From an uncultured Anaerolineaceae bacterium (GTDB lineage Bacteria > Chloroflexota > Anaerolineae > Anaerolineales > UBA11579): DNA of 64,000 nt. The stretch spans positions 7,692 to 71,691 of the forward strand of contig CAZUTS010000001.1 in the NCBI GenBank assembly GCA_964623375.1, given 5' to 3'. Positions 37,592-46,969 of this stretch are shown here, one piece after another (the stretch's first letter is position 1; every line of letters begins with the position of its first letter). The notes beneath the pieces were generated by a model that ran no database searches, had not been told where the DNA came from, and saw nothing but the letters and a program-made list of their open reading frames with translations. The translations under genes were made by a program, and so were the position numbers.

Positions 37592-39283
37592 CTACTCGGC
37601 AGGCTTCAAGTCGCGCACGTTGAGCTGCAAGCTCGTGCGCCCGTTGAACTCGTTGGTCTCAAAGCGATACATCAGGTCAATCGCTGCGGGCATGCGCCCC
37701 AGCCACTCTCCCATCCCAAATGCAATCGCATCGTAGACGATCTGCCCGTCGCTCACGGTCAGTTTGAGGTGGCGCGCTTCGGCGCCCACCGTGCGCACCG
37801 AGCGCACGCTCAGGCCGCGGCTCACCAGGTTCACCTGCGGGTTGCCGAAGCCGGTCGGCTCCAGCAGCGCCAGCTGGTGCAGCACATCCGGCTTGAGCTG
37901 GTGCAGCGGCAACTCAGCATCCACCTTGATGACCTGGCGCAGATCCAGCGCACCCAGTTCAGCCTGGGCGATCGCCTTCAAACGCTCCAATAGCTCCGGC
38001 ACGCGTTCGTTGCGGATGGTGAAGCCAGCTGCGGCGGCATGGCCGCCAAAGTTCTCGAACAGCTCAGCGCATTGCTCTAGCGCGTGGGTAATATGGAAAT
38101 GCGGAATGCTGCGGCACGAGGCACGCGTGAAGGTGTCGCCTTGCTGGCCCACGATGGCCGGGCGGTAAAAGCGTTCCACCAACCGCGAGGCCGCCAGCCC
38201 CACCACGCCGGAGCTGTATTCTGGGTGGAAAGCAAACAGCAGCCGCGCTTCAGGGTCGTCCTGGGTAGCCAGGATCTCAGCCGAGCTGCTGATTTCGCGC
38301 GTCAGCACCTGGCGCTCTTTGTTGCGCACATCCAGGTATTGCGCCAACTGGCCCGCTTTGAAAACATCGTTGGTGGTGAGCAGGTCGTAGGCCGCCTTGG
38401 CGTTCTCCATGCGGCCGGCCGCGTTGAGGCGTGGGCCGAGCATGTAGCCAATATCGCCAGAGCTGACCTTGCCGGGCTTGACCCCCGCCGCACCCATCAG
38501 CGACATGAGCCCTTGGCGGGTGGGGCGGCGGATTTGCTCCAGCCCCTGGCGCACCAGCCAGCGGTTTTCGCCAGCCAGCGGCACCATGTCGGCCACGGTG
38601 CCCAATGCCACCAGGTCCAGCCCCATCAACGCGTCGCCGTCAGGGTGCAGGCGTGTTTGCAGGGCGGCGGCCAGCTTGTAGGCCGTGCCCACGCCAGCCA
38701 GTTGCTTCTCGGGATACTCGTCGCCATCTTGCTTGGTGTTGATGATGGCTAGCGCGTCAGGCAACTCGGCGCCTGGCGTGTGATGATCGGTGATGATGAG
38801 ATCAAGCCCGATCTTGCGCGCCTCGGCCGCCTCGGCCAGCGAACGCACGCCGCAGTCCACACTGATCACCAGGCTGACCCCGCCTTCTTTCAGCGTGTGC
38901 AGCGCCTGGATGTTCAGGCCGTAGCCCTCTTCAAAACGGTCAGGGATGTAATCACGCGCTCGGCCACCGACGGCCTGGATGGCTTGCACCAGCAGGGCGG
39001 TGGCGGTCACGCCATCGGCGTCATAGTCACCATAGACGGCAATCAGCTCCTGATTGCGGATGGCGTGCTCGATACGGTCCACCGCGGCGGCCATATCCTT
39101 CATGCCCAGCGGGTCATTGCCTTCGATGGGCATGGCGCCCAGGTAGCGTTTGGCTGCCTCAGGGGTATGGTGGCCGCGGTTGAACAGGATCTGGCGCAAT
39201 AAGGAGGGATAACTGGCCAGCACCTGGTCCACCTCAGGCGTGATCAGGTTGGCCACTTTCCAGATTTTTTCCAATGGGGGCAT
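37592..39283 (-). CDS. recJ: single-stranded-DNA-specific exonuclease RecJ
   Basis: DHH-family motifs (YGDYDADGVT, ISVDCG, LIITDHH) and DHHA1 (GGHAAAAGF). The start is uncertain: 39283, or upstream at 39334 or 39361. Confidence 0.9.
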   Translation of the reverse strand: MPPLEKIWKVANLITPEVDQVLASYPSLLRQILFNRGHHTPEAAKRYLGAMPIEGNDPLGMKDMAAAVDRIEHAIRNQELIAVYGDYDADGVTATALLVQAIQAVGGRARDYIPDRFEEGYGLNIQALHTLKEGGVSLVISVDCGVRSLAEAAEARKIGLDLIITDHHTPGAELPDALAIINTKQDGDEYPEKQLAGVGTAYKLAAALQTRLHPDGDALMGLDLVALGTVADMVPLAGENRWLVRQGLEQIRRPTRQGLMSLMGAAGVKPGKVSSGDIGYMLGPRLNAAGRMENAKAAYDLLTTNDVFKAGQLAQYLDVRNKERQVLTREISSSAEILATQDDPEARLLFAFHPEYSSGVVGLAASRLVERFYRPAIVGQQGDTFTRASCRSIPHFHITHALEQCAELFENFGGHAAAAGFTIRNERVPELLERLKAIAQAELGALDLRQVIKVDAELPLHQLKPDVLHQLALLEPTGFGNPQVNLVSRGLSVRSVRTVGAEARHLKLTVSDGQIVYDAIAFGMGEWLGRMPAAIDLMYRFETNEFNGRTSLQLNVRDLKPAE

Positions 39284-39343
39284 AGCCGCGCTATGATACC
39301 AGCGCTGACAGAGGCCGCTTTTTAGGGTTATCATCGCTGGGCG

Positions 39344-40696
39344 ATGTTGCAGCAACTTCAAAAATGGTGGCGTGTAGCCTGGGTGGGGGTGCGCCGCGTT
39401 CTGCGTTGGCTCACCCCGGGTTTGGGAATCAAACGTTGGCTGCTTTTGATTCTGCTCGGCACCTTCCTCATTGGCATCGGTGGCGCCATTTTCGTCCTCG
39501 ATATCTATCGTACTGCCCCGGATACTTGGTGGGCCAGCTACCTCTCTACGCTGTCTCTGCGTTTCCTGGAGCGCCCGCTGCGTGTGCTCGTTTTTGGCGG
39601 GCTAGGCGTAGGCGCTTTGGTCTACGGCGTGCTCAACATGAACCGTGCCCTCCTGGCGCCCTACTTGCGCCCGGGCCAGCCCGTGGTGGATACCCTGGTA
39701 GACCATCGTAAGCGCGGCCGCGGCCACCGTATCGTGGTCATCGGCGGCGGGCATGGCCTCTCCACCCTGTTGCGCGGGCTCAAGGAGCACACCTATAACC
39801 TCACCGCCATCGTCACCGTGGCGGATGACGGCGGCTCATCCGGCCGCCTGCGCAGCAACCTGGGCGTGTTGCCGCCGGGCGATATTCGTAACTGCCTGGC
39901 CGCCCTCTCCAATGATGAAACCCTCATCACACAACTATTCCAATACCGCTTCTCCAGTGGGGCCGGGGAGCTGGAAGGCCATTCGTTCGGCAATCTCTTT
40001 ATCAGCGCGCTGAGTGAGATCACCGGCAGCTTTGAGAAGGCCGTGGCTGAATCCGGCCGTGTGCTTTCCGTACACGGCCAGGTGCTGCCCGCCACATTGC
40101 ACGATGTGCGCCTGGTGGCGGATCTCACCGTTCCTCTGGCCGGCGGCGAAGTGCGCGTGCACGGGGAAAGCAAAATTCCTGAGCAGGTCGGCGCGGCTGT
40201 GCGCCGCGTCTGGCTGGAGCCGAACGCGCCGCCTGCCTACCCAGCGGCAGTGCGTGCTCTGCTGGCTGCCGACCTTATCGTGATTGGCCCCGGCAGCCTC
40301 TACACCAGTATCCTGCCCAACCTGCTAGTGCCAGACCTGGCTGCTGCGCTACGCAACAGCCAGGCGCTCAAAGTCTTTATCTGCAATCTCTCCACCCAGC
40401 CCGGCGAGACCGATGGCTACAGTTGTGGTGATCACGTGCGCGCCATTGAGCAGCATGTGGGCGATCACTTATTCGATGTCGTCATCGGCAACCAGCCGCC
40501 CAGCCGCAAACTGCCCGACGGTAGCGAATGGGTGACGATCGATGACGACCTGCGCAAGAATTACCCGCTGTATCTGGCGCAGGTGGCAGACCCGGAGAAA
40601 CCCGGCCAGCATCTGGCCGATAAACTGGCGCAACTGCTGATTGATTTAGTACAGGAGCGCACAGGCCCACTCACAAGAGAAGAAGACAATGTTTAA
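39344..40696 (+). CDS. yvcK: YvcK/CofD-family gluconeogenesis factor with N-terminal TM segments
   Basis: [45 protein letters not shown]. Confidence 0.85.
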   Translation: MLQQLQKWWRVAWVGVRRVLRWLTPGLGIKRWLLLILLGTFLIGIGGAIFVLDIYRTAPDTWWASYLSTLSLRFLERPLRVLVFGGLGVGALVYGVLNMNRALLAPYLRPGQPVVDTLVDHRKRGRGHRIVVIGGGHGLSTLLRGLKEHTYNLTAIVTVADDGGSSGRLRSNLGVLPPGDIRNCLAALSNDETLITQLFQYRFSSGAGELEGHSFGNLFISALSEITGSFEKAVAESGRVLSVHGQVLPATLHDVRLVADLTVPLAGGEVRVHGESKIPEQVGAAVRRVWLEPNAPPAYPAAVRALLAADLIVIGPGSLYTSILPNLLVPDLAAALRNSQALKVFICNLSTQPGETDGYSCGDHVRAIEQHVGDHLFDVVIGNQPPSRKLPDGSEWVTIDDDLRKNYPLYLAQVADPEKPGQHLADKLAQLLIDLVQERTGPLTREEDNV

Positions 40697-41864
40697 CAAA
40701 AAGACCATCAATGATATTGATCCAAATGGCAAGCGCGTCCTGGTGCGCGTAGACTTCAACGTGCCGCTGGAAGATGGCGTGGTGCAAGATGACACACGCA
40801 TGACCGCTGCACTGCCCACCATCGAGAGCTTGCTCAGCCGCGGCGCAGCGGTCATCCTGTGCTCGCACCTCGGCCGCCCCAAGGGCGAGCCTGACCCGCA
40901 GTATTCGTTGGCTCCTGTGGCCGACTATCTGCGCACACTCACCAAGGCGCCGGTGCACTTTGTAGAAGAAGCCATTGGCCCCAAGGCCGAAGCCGCTGCG
41001 CAGGCGCTGCAGCCCGGCGAGATCCTGGTGCTGGAGAACACGCGCTTCTATGCTGGCGAAACCAAGAACGACCCCGCGATGGCAGAGGCGCTGGCCAAGC
41101 TGGCCGATATTTACGTCAATGATGCTTTCGGTTCGGCGCACCGCGCCCATGCCTCCACCGAGGGAGTGGCCCGTCACCTGTCCGCCGTAGCCGGCCTGCT
41201 GATGGAGAAGGAAATTCAATACCTTGGCCAAGCGCTGGCCGAACCCAAACGCCCCTTTGTCGCCATCCTCGGCGGCGCCAAGGTGAGTGACAAGATCGAA
41301 GTCATTCGCAACTTGCTCAGCAAGGCTGATCAGGTGCTCGTCGGTGGCGGCATGGCCAATACCTTCTTCGCTGCTCAGGGGATCGCCATGGGCGACTCGC
41401 TGGTAGAGCCAGACGCCATCGACACCGCTAAAGCCTTGCTGGCCGAGTCTGGCGGCAAGTTAACCCTGCCGGTGGACTTTGTGATCGCGGATGCTTTCAG
41501 CGCCGAGGCAGCCCACGAGGCGCGCGCCGTGGGTGATGTGCCCGCTGGCTGGCGAGTGCTCGATATTGGCCCGCAATCGGTGGCCGTCTTCAGCACCGCT
41601 ATTGCCGCGGCGGGTACCGTGGTGTGGAACGGCCCAATGGGCGTATTTGAGCTCGAGCCCTTTGCTGCTGGCACCTTTGGTGTAGCACAGGCTGTAGCTG
41701 ATTCGGAGGCCGTCAGCATCGTTGGCGGCGGTGACTCAGTCTCCGCCCTGCAGCAATCCGGCCTGGCCGACAAGATCGCCCACATCTCCACCGGCGGCGG
41801 CGCCTCGTTGGAAATGCTGGAAGGCAAACTGCTGCCGGGTCTGGCAGCCTTGGAGGATAAGTAA
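40689..41864 (+). CDS. pgk: phosphoglycerate kinase
   Basis: [37 protein letters not shown]. 8-nt overlap with yvcK. Confidence 0.97.
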   Translation: MFNKKTINDIDPNGKRVLVRVDFNVPLEDGVVQDDTRMTAALPTIESLLSRGAAVILCSHLGRPKGEPDPQYSLAPVADYLRTLTKAPVHFVEEAIGPKAEAAAQALQPGEILVLENTRFYAGETKNDPAMAEALAKLADIYVNDAFGSAHRAHASTEGVARHLSAVAGLLMEKEIQYLGQALAEPKRPFVAILGGAKVSDKIEVIRNLLSKADQVLVGGGMANTFFAAQGIAMGDSLVEPDAIDTAKALLAESGGKLTLPVDFVIADAFSAEAAHEARAVGDVPAGWRVLDIGPQSVAVFSTAIAAAGTVVWNGPMGVFELEPFAAGTFGVAQAVADSEAVSIVGGGDSVSALQQSGLADKIAHISTGGGASLEMLEGKLLPGLAALEDK

Positions 41865-42623
41865 ATGGCTCGCACTCCGTTGATTGCTGGCAACTGGAAA
41901 ATGAACAAGACCGTAGGCGAAGCGCTGCGGCTTGTCGAAGACATGCTGCCTGAGTTGCAGGCCGTGCAGGGCGTGGAGAAGCTGCTGTGTCCACCGGCCA
42001 TAGCGATCATGCCGGTTGCTGCCCTGGTAGACGGTAAGGGTGTTGGCGTGGGCGCACAGAACCTGTATTGGGAGAAAGAGGGCGCCTACACGGGAGAGCT
42101 TTCTGCCAGCATGGTGGCCGAGTTCTGCAGCTATGTCATCGTGGGCCACTCGGAGCGCCGCGCCTTGTTTGGTGATAACGACACCAATGTGCACCGCAAG
42201 GTGGTGGCGGCGCTGGCCGCTGGGCTCAGGCCGGTGCTGTGCATTGGCGAGACGCTGGAGCAGAACGAAGCCGGCCGCGCCGCAGAGGTACTGAGCATGC
42301 AACTGCGCGCCGCATTGGAAGGCGTGCAGATCAACTCGGCGGATGCCCTGGTGGTGGCCTACGAGCCTGTGTGGGCGATTGGCACCGGCAAAGCCGCCAG
42401 CCCGGAGCCGATCAATACGCTGCTGCGCAACGTGGTGCGCCCCACACTGGCGGGTTTGCTGGGTCAGGAGCTGGCCGAGGGTGTGCGTGTGCTGTACGGC
42501 GGCTCAGTGAATGCGGCCAATGCGGCCGAATATTTTGGCCAGCCTGAGATTGAGGGTGCGTTGGTGGGCGGGGCCAGTTTGAAAGCGGCCGACTTTATTG
42601 CCATCACAAAGGCCGCGGCTTAA
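41865..42623 (+). CDS. tpiA: triose-phosphate isomerase
   Basis: IAGNWKMN, VGHSERR, VAYEPVWAIGTG. Starts immediately after the pgk stop. Confidence 0.97.
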   Translation: MARTPLIAGNWKMNKTVGEALRLVEDMLPELQAVQGVEKLLCPPAIAIMPVAALVDGKGVGVGAQNLYWEKEGAYTGELSASMVAEFCSYVIVGHSERRALFGDNDTNVHRKVVAALAAGLRPVLCIGETLEQNEAGRAAEVLSMQLRAALEGVQINSADALVVAYEPVWAIGTGKAASPEPINTLLRNVVRPTLAGLLGQELAEGVRVLYGGSVNAANAAEYFGQPEIEGALVGGASLKAADFIAITKAAA

Positions 42624-42640
42624 GCCGCAGCCTTTTTTTA
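42611..42640 (+). terminator. rho-independent terminator of pgk-tpiA
   Basis: GCGGC-TTAA-GCCGC core (the tpiA stop TAA is in the loop), extended by GGC/GCC, then a T7 run. Confidence 0.7.
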
Positions 42641-42658
42641 TTTTTCTGCGAGATTTTA

Positions 42659-44059
42659 TTAACCCGCAAAGAGGCGCACGTTGTTGCCGCCTTCTTGCTT
42701 CACCGCGTACATTGCCTTGTCCGCCTCGTTCAACAGGCTCTCAGCATCGGTCGTATCCTGGTTGAGCGCAATGCCAATGCTGGCGGTGACGTGTACTGCC
42801 TCCGGCAGGTTGCTGAGTTCAAACGGGGTCAGCACAGCTTGGTGCACGCGGGCCGCCACCTGCATGGCATCCTGTTGCTGCTCTATGCCATTCAAGTACA
42901 CGGCGAACTCATCGCCACCCAGGCGTGCCACAATGTCACCCGGGCGAATGCTGTTCTCCACACGGCGTGCAAACTTGTTCAGCAGCTCATCACCGGCCAT
43001 GTGGCCGTAAGTGTCGTTGAACACTTTCAAATCATCAAGATCAATGAACAGTACCGCGTAGCGGTAGCCGGGGTCGCTGTGCGCCAGGTGGTTGGCGCGG
43101 CTCAGATGGTCAATAAAGTAGGCGCGGTTGGGCACCTGGGTCAGCGGGTCATGCGTGGCATGGTGTTGCAATACTTCCTGGGTGAGTTTGCGCACGGTGA
43201 TGTTGTGCAATACACATACCCAGCCATTAGGTTGCAACTGTAGTGGGGAGGCGTGCCAGTCAAAGTGCTGGTCACCCAGCGCCACTTCAAAGTCAAAACT
43301 GGCTTTTTGTGCAAACCAGCGGATGAGCTTTTCGATCTCTATCTGCTGCAACCCATTGTGCTGGAGCAGTTCGATCAAGCTGGCTTCTTCGCCAGTGCCA
43401 ATGTTAAAAAAGTTGCTGGCGGCCTGGTTGGCGCGCACCACACTCAGGTCAGCGTTGAGCAACAAGATGGGGTCGAGTGTGCTCTGTAGCACGGCATCAA
43501 ACAGCGCGGTTTGCTCCAGTAACTCAGCCTGGAACTTGCGCTTGCTGGTGATGTTGCAGAACATCAGCTCAGTGCCGATGATGTTGCCATCTTCATCTTT
43601 GCTGCTCACCGCGGAGCACACGGCGAACACGGGTTGACCCACTTTGTTGTACAGCATCAACTCGCGCTCGCGCACAAAGCCATTGTCTTTCACGTCCGCA
43701 AAGAGGCGCTGGGCATCCTCCGGCTGGTTCCACATGTAACCGGGAAACTCCTGCTCAAGGATCTCACTCTTGGCCTCTAGCCCCATCATCGTGAGAAAGT
43801 AGGGGTTGGCGTACGTGATCTGGTTGGCGCTGTTGGTGTACACCACGCCGTCATGGGCGTTATTGTGAAAGTTGAGATCGGCCATAGCGCGTTGAAAAAA
43901 GTTGCGCTCCAGGGATACCTTCTCAAGCTGCTTCTTGAGCTCGGTATTCTCTTCGCGCAAGTGGGCCAACGTAGCTTTGTTGGCGGCGCTGCTGGGTATC
44001 GTGGTTTGCTTCGGCATCAACGAACCTCGAAGATGGCTATCTGAGTGTACACCTTTCAA
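42659..44059 (-). CDS. diguanylate cyclase (PAS x2 + GGDEF)
   Basis: RLGGDEFAVYL active site, N-terminal coiled segment and PAS-like regions. The true start is probably the Met at 44017 (GAGG SD), because the upp terminator hairpin lies at 44084-44112. Confidence 0.85.
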   Translation of the reverse strand: MKGVHSDSHLRGSLMPKQTTIPSSAANKATLAHLREENTELKKQLEKVSLERNFFQRAMADLNFHNNAHDGVVYTNSANQITYANPYFLTMMGLEAKSEILEQEFPGYMWNQPEDAQRLFADVKDNGFVRERELMLYNKVGQPVFAVCSAVSSKDEDGNIIGTELMFCNITSKRKFQAELLEQTALFDAVLQSTLDPILLLNADLSVVRANQAASNFFNIGTGEEASLIELLQHNGLQQIEIEKLIRWFAQKASFDFEVALGDQHFDWHASPLQLQPNGWVCVLHNITVRKLTQEVLQHHATHDPLTQVPNRAYFIDHLSRANHLAHSDPGYRYAVLFIDLDDLKVFNDTYGHMAGDELLNKFARRVENSIRPGDIVARLGGDEFAVYLNGIEQQQDAMQVAARVHQAVLTPFELSNLPEAVHVTASIGIALNQDTTDAESLLNEADKAMYAVKQEGGNNVRLFAG

Positions 44060-44083
44060 AAACGCACGGATATAGGTGCTAAC

Positions 44084-44112
44084 AAAACTGCAAGCTCAAG
44101 GCTTGCAGTTTT
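44084..44112 (-). terminator. rho-independent terminator of upp
   Basis: Perfect 11-bp stem AAACTGCAAGC/GCTTGCAGTTT with a 5-nt loop, starting at the upp stop codon, followed on the minus strand by TTTGTT. Confidence 0.65.
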
Positions 44113-44752
44113 AGCCAGTCCCAAATTGGCGGTCCCCCGCATCGCCCAGGCCAGGCACGATGTAGCCAATCTCATTCAGGCGTTCGTCTTGGGCGCCCAG
44201 ATAAATCGCTACTTCCGGATGCACCTCGTTGAGGTGCTGGATGCCCTCGGGGGCGCCGAGCAGGCCCATATAGCGAATATTCTTGACGCCCCATTCTTTG
44301 AGGATGGTGATCGTGGCCGCCGCAGAGCCACCTGTGGCAAGCATGGGGTCGAGCACTAAGCATACGCCCACAGTGGGGGCCAGGGGCAGCTTGTTGTAAT
44401 ACTGCACCGGCTGCAGCGTTTCCTCATCACGGTACAAGCCAATGTGCCATACCTGCGCATCCGGGATCAGATCCCATACGCCATCCACCATGCCCAAGCC
44501 GGCCCGCAGAATAGGCACCAGGCCGATGTTGTCTTCCATCTCGCCGCCCACGGTCTTGCCCATGGGGGTCTCTATTTCTTTTTTGATTGTGTTGAGATCG
44601 AAGGTGGCTTCGTAGGTAAGTAAGGCGCTGATTTCTCGGACAAGCTCTCTGAACTTGCGTGGTTCGGTTGCCTTGTCTCTAAGAATAGTGAGTTTGTGTA
44701 AGACCATGGGATGCTTGGATACATTGGCTTTCACGAGGCGCCTCCGTGGCAA
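44111..44752 (-). CDS. upp: uracil phosphoribosyltransferase
   Basis: [23 protein letters not shown] (PRPP motif), [12 protein letters not shown]. Confidence 0.95.
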   Translation of the reverse strand: MPRRRLVKANVSKHPMVLHKLTILRDKATEPRKFRELVREISALLTYEATFDLNTIKKEIETPMGKTVGGEMEDNIGLVPILRAGLGMVDGVWDLIPDAQVWHIGLYRDEETLQPVQYYNKLPLAPTVGVCLVLDPMLATGGSAAATITILKEWGVKNIRYMGLLGAPEGIQHLNEVHPEVAIYLGAQDERLNEIGYIVPGLGDAGDRQFGTG

Positions 44753-44814
44753 GGTAGTGGCTAAATTGCGCCGATTATATACGCGCCCAGCGCGGAGCGC
44801 ATTTTTTCAACCTG

Positions 44815-44820
44815 TATAAT
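44815..44820 (+). promoter_or_regulatory. -10 box TATAAT 7 nt upstream of the ruvB ATG, suggesting a leaderless mRNA
   Basis: TATAAT at 44815-44820, ATG at 44828, and no SD in the 7-nt gap. Confidence 0.45.
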
Positions 44821-44827
44821 CTTTTCG

Positions 44828-45853
44828 ATGAGCGATACGCCCCGTCTTGTGGACCCCGCACCCCAAACCACTGACCGCAGCGAACCGGCCCTGCGCCCGC
44901 GCAAACTGGCCGAGCTGATCGGCCAGGAGAAGATCAAAGAGAACCTTAGCATCCTGCTGGATGCGGCGCGCCAACGCGGCGAGGCGCTGGATCATGTGCT
45001 CTTCTATGGCCCGCCAGGCCTGGGCAAGACCACCCTGGCCCACATCCTCGCCAATGAGATGGGCGTCAACATCAAAGTGACCGCTGGCCCTGCCATCGAG
45101 CGCCAGGGTGACCTGGCCGCCATCCTCAGCAATCTCAACGAAGGCGATGTGCTCTTCGTGGATGAAATTCATCGTCTGGGCAAAGCCGTGGAAGAAGTGC
45201 TCTACCCGGCGATGGAAGATTACGCCCTGGATATTGTCATCGGCAAGGGGCCAGCCGCCCGCGCCATCCGCCTCAAGCTGCCGCGTTTCACCGTCATTGG
45301 CGCCACCACGCGCCTGGCGCTGCTCACCGCGCCGCTGCGGGCGCGCTTCGGTGCCACCTTCCGGCTCGACTACTACGAGCCACTGGCCATCCAGGCCATC
45401 CTCAGCCGCGCCGCCGGAGAGCTCGGCCTGCAGCCAGACCCGCAGGGTATGCAGGAAATTGCCATGCGCAGCCGCGGTACGCCACGTGTGGCGCTGCGCC
45501 TGCTCAAACGCGTGCGTGACTTTGCCGAGGTGCGTGCCGAGGGCGAGCTGACCCGCGCGGTGGCGCAGCAAGCCTTGCAACTGCTCGAAGTGGACGGCCT
45601 TGGCTTGGATGAGATGGATCGCCGCGTGCTGCGCGTCATCATCGAGAAGTACAACGGCGGCCCGGTCGGCCTCAACACCATTGCCGCCGCGGTCAGCGAA
45701 GAATCCGACACCATCATGGATGTGGTCGAACCGTATCTGATGCAACTCGGCTTCCTCGAGCGCCGCGCCCAGGGCCGCCATGTCACTGCCGCTGCCTGCC
45801 ATCATCTTGGCCTGCCGTTGCCAGTGCAGCTCAATTCACCAACTTTGTTCTAA
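44828..45853 (+). CDS. ruvB: Holliday junction branch migration helicase RuvB
   Basis: [55 protein letters not shown]. Confidence 0.97.
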   Translation: MSDTPRLVDPAPQTTDRSEPALRPRKLAELIGQEKIKENLSILLDAARQRGEALDHVLFYGPPGLGKTTLAHILANEMGVNIKVTAGPAIERQGDLAAILSNLNEGDVLFVDEIHRLGKAVEEVLYPAMEDYALDIVIGKGPAARAIRLKLPRFTVIGATTRLALLTAPLRARFGATFRLDYYEPLAIQAILSRAAGELGLQPDPQGMQEIAMRSRGTPRVALRLLKRVRDFAEVRAEGELTRAVAQQALQLLEVDGLGLDEMDRRVLRVIIEKYNGGPVGLNTIAAAVSEESDTIMDVVEPYLMQLGFLERRAQGRHVTAAACHHLGLPLPVQLNSPTLF

Positions 45854-45913
45854 TCCACAGATAAACGCAGATGCTTAAAACAGATTATCTGAGTTCATCT
45901 GCTCTGTATCTGT

Positions 45914-46951
45914 GTGCATCTGTGGAAAGCACTTGCCTTGAATACTGCTGACTTTGATTACGAGCTCCCTGAAGAGCGCATTGCCCAGACCCCTGCCGAG
46001 CCGCGCGATAGCTCGCGCCTGCTGGTGCTCGACCGCGCCAGCGGCCAGCGCACCCACACCCACTTTGCTGAGATTGGCGCCTTTCTGCGCCCGCATGACC
46101 TGCTCGTAGCCAACCACAGCCGTGTGCTGCCGGCGCGCCTGTTTGGGCGTAAGCTGCCGGGAGGCGGCGCCGTGGAGGTGCTGCTGGTGGAACAGATAGA
46201 GCCGCAGCGCTGGAAAGCGCTTGTGGGCGGCAAGGGCTTGCGCCCCGGGCGCCAGATAGAGCTCGGCCAGGGCTTGATTGCCCAGGTATTGGAAGAAGGC
46301 GAGCGCTCCGAGCGCGTGCTGCACTTCAACAGGCCGCTGCACGAGGCGCTTGACGCGCTCGGCCAGATGCCGCTGCCGCCGTACATCCACGCCGAGTTGC
46401 AAGACAAAGAGCGCTACCAAACGGTGTATTCGCGCCAAACGGGTTCGGTGGCGGCACCCACAGCCGGTTTGCATTTCACACCGGAGTTGTTGAGCTTGCT
46501 GCAGGCGCAGGGCGTGGGCTTTGCTGAGGTCTTGCTGCACGTTGGGCTGGATACTTTTGCCCCGGTGCATGAGGAAGACCCGTCCGAGCATCACATCCAT
46601 ACGGAGTGGTGCAGCCTGCCGGCGGCCACCGCCGCCGCCACGCAGGCGGCCCGTGCCGCGGGTGGGCGCACCGTGGCCGTGGGTACCACCAGCGTGCGCA
46701 CGCTGGAGAGCGCTGCCCGCAGCACGGGCAGCGTGCAACCGTATGAGGGCCGCACCGATATTTATATTTTGCCGGGGTATCGCTTCAACGCCGTGGACGC
46801 CATGATCACCAACTTCCATCTGCCGCGTTCCACACTGCTGATGCTGGTCAGTGCGTTTGTCGGGCGCGAGCTGATTTTGGACACCTATCGCGAGGCGATT
46901 ACACTCAACTATCGCTTTTATTCATTTGGCGATGCAATGCTGATTGTGTAA
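45914..46951 (+). CDS. queA: S-adenosylmethionine:tRNA ribosyltransferase-isomerase QueA (true start probably the TTG at 45938)
   Basis: DFDYELPEERIAQTP, SRLLVL, PLPPYI, YQTVY, GSVAAPTAGLHFT, AVGTTSVRTLES, FYSFGDAMLI. Confidence 0.93.
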   Translation: MHLWKALALNTADFDYELPEERIAQTPAEPRDSSRLLVLDRASGQRTHTHFAEIGAFLRPHDLLVANHSRVLPARLFGRKLPGGGAVEVLLVEQIEPQRWKALVGGKGLRPGRQIELGQGLIAQVLEEGERSERVLHFNRPLHEALDALGQMPLPPYIHAELQDKERYQTVYSRQTGSVAAPTAGLHFTPELLSLLQAQGVGFAEVLLHVGLDTFAPVHEEDPSEHHIHTEWCSLPAATAAATQAARAAGGRTVAVGTTSVRTLESAARSTGSVQPYEGRTDIYILPGYRFNAVDAMITNFHLPRSTLLMLVSAFVGRELILDTYREAITLNYRFYSFGDAMLIV

Positions 46952-46969
46952 GGCCGCGGCACAGCCGGG

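Noticed and set aside
44807-46819. Two long minus-strand ORFs (44807-45805 and 45875-46819)
   Set aside because: They are antisense shadows of ruvB and queA respectively.
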